A DNA stretch of 64,000 nt from an uncultured SAR86 cluster bacterium (lineage in GTDB: Bacteria > Pseudomonadota > Gammaproteobacteria > Magnimaribacterales > AG-339-G14). The stretch spans positions 8,349 to 72,348 of the forward strand of contig CACEOL010000004.1 in assembly GCA_902561325.1 (NCBI GenBank), read 5' to 3'. Below are positions 62,223 to 64,000 of the stretch, in pieces. The notes under the pieces are model-generated. The model was not told the DNA's origin. It did no database searches and worked only from the letters and a program-made list of their open reading frames with translations. Positions within the stretch are counted from its first letter, which is position 1, and each line of letters begins with the position of its first letter. The translations under genes were made by a program, and so were the position numbers.

Positions 62223-63284
62223 ATGGTAACTATAAGACTAGCCAGAGGAGGCGCCAAAAAGCGTCCTTATTTTCATATTACAGTCGCGGATTCGCGCAGA
62301 GCTAGAGATGGTAAATATATCGAAAGGGTGGGCTTTTTTAATCCTATTGCCTCAGCCCAAAATGACAGACTTAACATTGATCATGAAAGACTAGACTATT
62401 GGGTTAGCAAAGGAGCTCAAATTACTGAGAGGGTTAAGACTTTGATAAAAGAGTCAAAACTTTCAACAGAAGATTTCAATCAATTAATTGCAAAGAAAGA
62501 AAAACTCAGGTTAGTGAAACTGGAAAAGAAAAAATCTTCAGCACTTGAAACTAATGTTGAAGAAAGTTCTTCCGAAGGAGAAGAGGTCCCGGCTGAGACA
62601 GAAAATACAAAACCAAAAAGTACCAATAATAATAACCAATCAAACAATGAGGATAATCTAATGGAAAAAACTGAAGATATTATCGATAAGGTTGCAGAAG
62701 GTACAAAAGACGTAGCTGAAGGTGCTGCTGAAGCTGTAACAGATGTAGCTGAAGGCGCAGTTAATGTTGCTGAAGAGGTAGTTGAAACAGCAGAAGATGT
62801 TGATGAAGATGCTGCTAAAGCGGTAACAGATGTTGCTGAAGGCGCTGCTAATGTTGGTGGCGATGTTGTTGAGACTGCTGAAGATGTTGTTGAAGACGCA
62901 GTTGATGCTGTTAAAGATGTTGCTGAAGGTGCTGCTGATGTAGCTGGCGATGTTGTTGACACTGCAAAAGAAGTGACAGGCGATCTTGCCGAAGGTGATG
63001 TTGTTGAAGCAGTAAAAGACGTAGCTGAAGGCGCAGTCGATGTTGCCGAAGACGTTGTCGAAACTGCAGTTGATGTTGCTGAAGATGCAGTTGATGCTGT
63101 GAAAGACGTTGCTGAAGGAGCAGCTGATGTAGTTGAAGACGTTGTCGAAACTGCTGAAGATGTTGTTGAAGATGCAGTTGATGCTGTGAAAGACGTTGCT
63201 GAAGGTGCTGCTGATGCAGTCGAAGACGCAATTGATGCTGTAAAAGACGCATTCACATCTGACGACTCTAAAGACGATAAATAA
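62223..63284 (+). CDS. rpsP: 30S ribosomal protein S16 read in frame into a long acidic repeat domain (true start ATG 62223)
   Basis: [36 protein letters not shown]...GAQ.TERV; rpsP-rimM-trmD synteny. Confidence 0.93.
   Translation: MVTIRLARGGAKKRPYFHITVADSRRARDGKYIERVGFFNPIASAQNDRLNIDHERLDYWVSKGAQITERVKTLIKESKLSTEDFNQLIAKKEKLRLVKLEKKKSSALETNVEESSSEGEEVPAETENTKPKSTNNNNQSNNEDNLMEKTEDIIDKVAEGTKDVAEGAAEAVTDVAEGAVNVAEEVVETAEDVDEDAAKAVTDVAEGAANVGGDVVETAEDVVEDAVDAVKDVAEGAADVAGDVVDTAKEVTGDLAEGDVVEAVKDVAEGAVDVAEDVVETAVDVAEDAVDAVKDVAEGAADVVEDVVETAEDVVEDAVDAVKDVAEGAADAVEDAIDAVKDAFTSDDSKDDK
62661..63284 (+). repeat. coding tandem repeat, about 87-nt/29-aa units (e.g. [29 protein letters not shown]); possibly a separate 207-aa gene
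   Basis: Recurring gttgatgctgtgaaagacgttgctgaagg blocks; own GAGGA RBS (62649-62653) and ATG 62661. Confidence 0.85.
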
Positions 63285-63293
63285 ATTATCAAA

Positions 63294-63803
63294 ATGACCT
63301 ACCAAGATGATGATTTCATTTTGGTAGGTAATTTTGGTCGTCCAATCGGTCTTAAAGGAAGTATCAAATTAAATTCCTTCACAAGACCTTCTGAAAACAT
63401 AACATCTTACAACTCTTTCTTTATGAAAGAGGGTTCTCAATTTGTTGAATTAGAAGTAAAAAAAATAACTACTTCTGGAAAAAATTTAATTATTTTCTTG
63501 AATAACTGTAATTCCCTTGAAGAGGCTGAAGAAACTTTTAAAGGTAGAGAAATATTTATTCCTAAATCAGATCTACCTGAAACAGAGGATAAGTTTTATT
63601 GGAATGATCTAATTGGATTAGAGGTAATCGTACGAAGCTCAGAAAAAACCCTTGGGAAGGTCCATTCTCTTATGGAAACAGGCTCTAACGATGTGCTAAT
63701 AATTAAAAATCCCAATCAAGAAGATATTTTGATTCCTTTTATACTGAAGCAAGTAATTCTGGAGGTAACAGAAAAAAGCATTTATGTAGATTGGGAGGTT
63801 TAA
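63294..63803 (+). CDS. rimM: ribosome maturation factor RimM
   Basis: G...GLKG, FYW.DLIGL.V, METGSNDVL, LIPF, VDW. Confidence 0.95.
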   Translation: MTYQDDDFILVGNFGRPIGLKGSIKLNSFTRPSENITSYNSFFMKEGSQFVELEVKKITTSGKNLIIFLNNCNSLEEAEETFKGREIFIPKSDLPETEDKFYWNDLIGLEVIVRSSEKTLGKVHSLMETGSNDVLIIKNPNQEDILIPFILKQVILEVTEKSIYVDWEV

Positions 63804-64000
63804 ATGAATTTTACTTTTATTTCCTTGTTTCCTGAAATCATAAGATCTGCATTGAATGAAAGCATAACAAAAAGAGCTATCGAAAAGTCTTTGATTTCTT
63901 TTGAAACGATAAATCCTAGAGATTATCTTAAGACTAAAGAAAGGATTGATGACAAAGTTTATGGCGGTGGTCCGGGAATGCTTTTGAAATCTGAACCTTT
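63804..64000 (+). CDS. trmD: tRNA (guanine37-N1)-methyltransferase, 5' part (truncated by window edge)
   Basis: MNFTFISLFPE...NPRDY...IDDKVYGGGPGML; follows rimM. Confidence 0.93.
   Translation, partial: MNFTFISLFPEIIRSALNESITKRAIEKSLISFETINPRDYLKTKERIDDKVYGGGPGMLLKSEP

Noticed and set aside
61564-62229. 221-aa + strand ORF
   Set aside because: Antisense to the well-conserved CorB/YfjD gene, with no recognisable motifs.
62661-63284. Repeat array as a possible CRISPR
   Set aside because: Units are degenerate at codon third positions, keep frame, have no unique spacers, and no cas genes are nearby.
62480-63305. Three long antisense ORFs (Ser/Thr/Ala-rich, Asn/Ile/Phe-rich, Gln/His/Leu-rich)
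   Set aside because: Shadows of the GNN-rich coding repeat on the + strand, which avoids stops in the reverse frames.

Overview
AT-rich (roughly one-third GC by eye), gene-dense core-genome segment of a streamlined marine gammaproteobacterium. Gene order and content suggest a SAR86-like lineage (inference). It holds about 65 housekeeping CDS (ftsB-ispDF-surE-pcm, recA with an SOS box, proS, aspS-yebC, tol-pal, a kor-type 2-oxoacid oxidoreductase operon, isc, ndk-rodZ-ispG-hisS-bamB-der, sdhCDAB-sucCD, murJ-ribF-ileS-lspA-ispH, dadA-ampD-ampG, groESL, rpsP-rimM-trmD) and one tRNA-Lys. No prophage, IS or CRISPR array is visible. Best candidate for a new system: the GltD-like Fe-S flavoprotein heading the kor operon carries an N-terminal domain resembling an integrase DNA-binding arm (DUF6538-like). 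It is divergent from an isc operon that lacks iscR, and a TGTACCTT motif occurs four times within about 190 bp, two copies on the -35 regions of the divergent promoters. This suggests a possible 'trigger enzyme' regulator built from a domesticated integrase domain. Other oddities: a phage/Hjc-type PD-(D/E)XK nuclease in the ruvCAB slot, no sucAB-lpd in the sdh-suc operon, a Fdx-IscA fusion without hscBA, S16 joined to a 29-aa acidic repeat protein, a probable ATT start codon, a premature stop in a GH13 gene, and IleRS with HLGT/KQSKS motifs. All family assignments come from motif recognition and synteny, not database searches.
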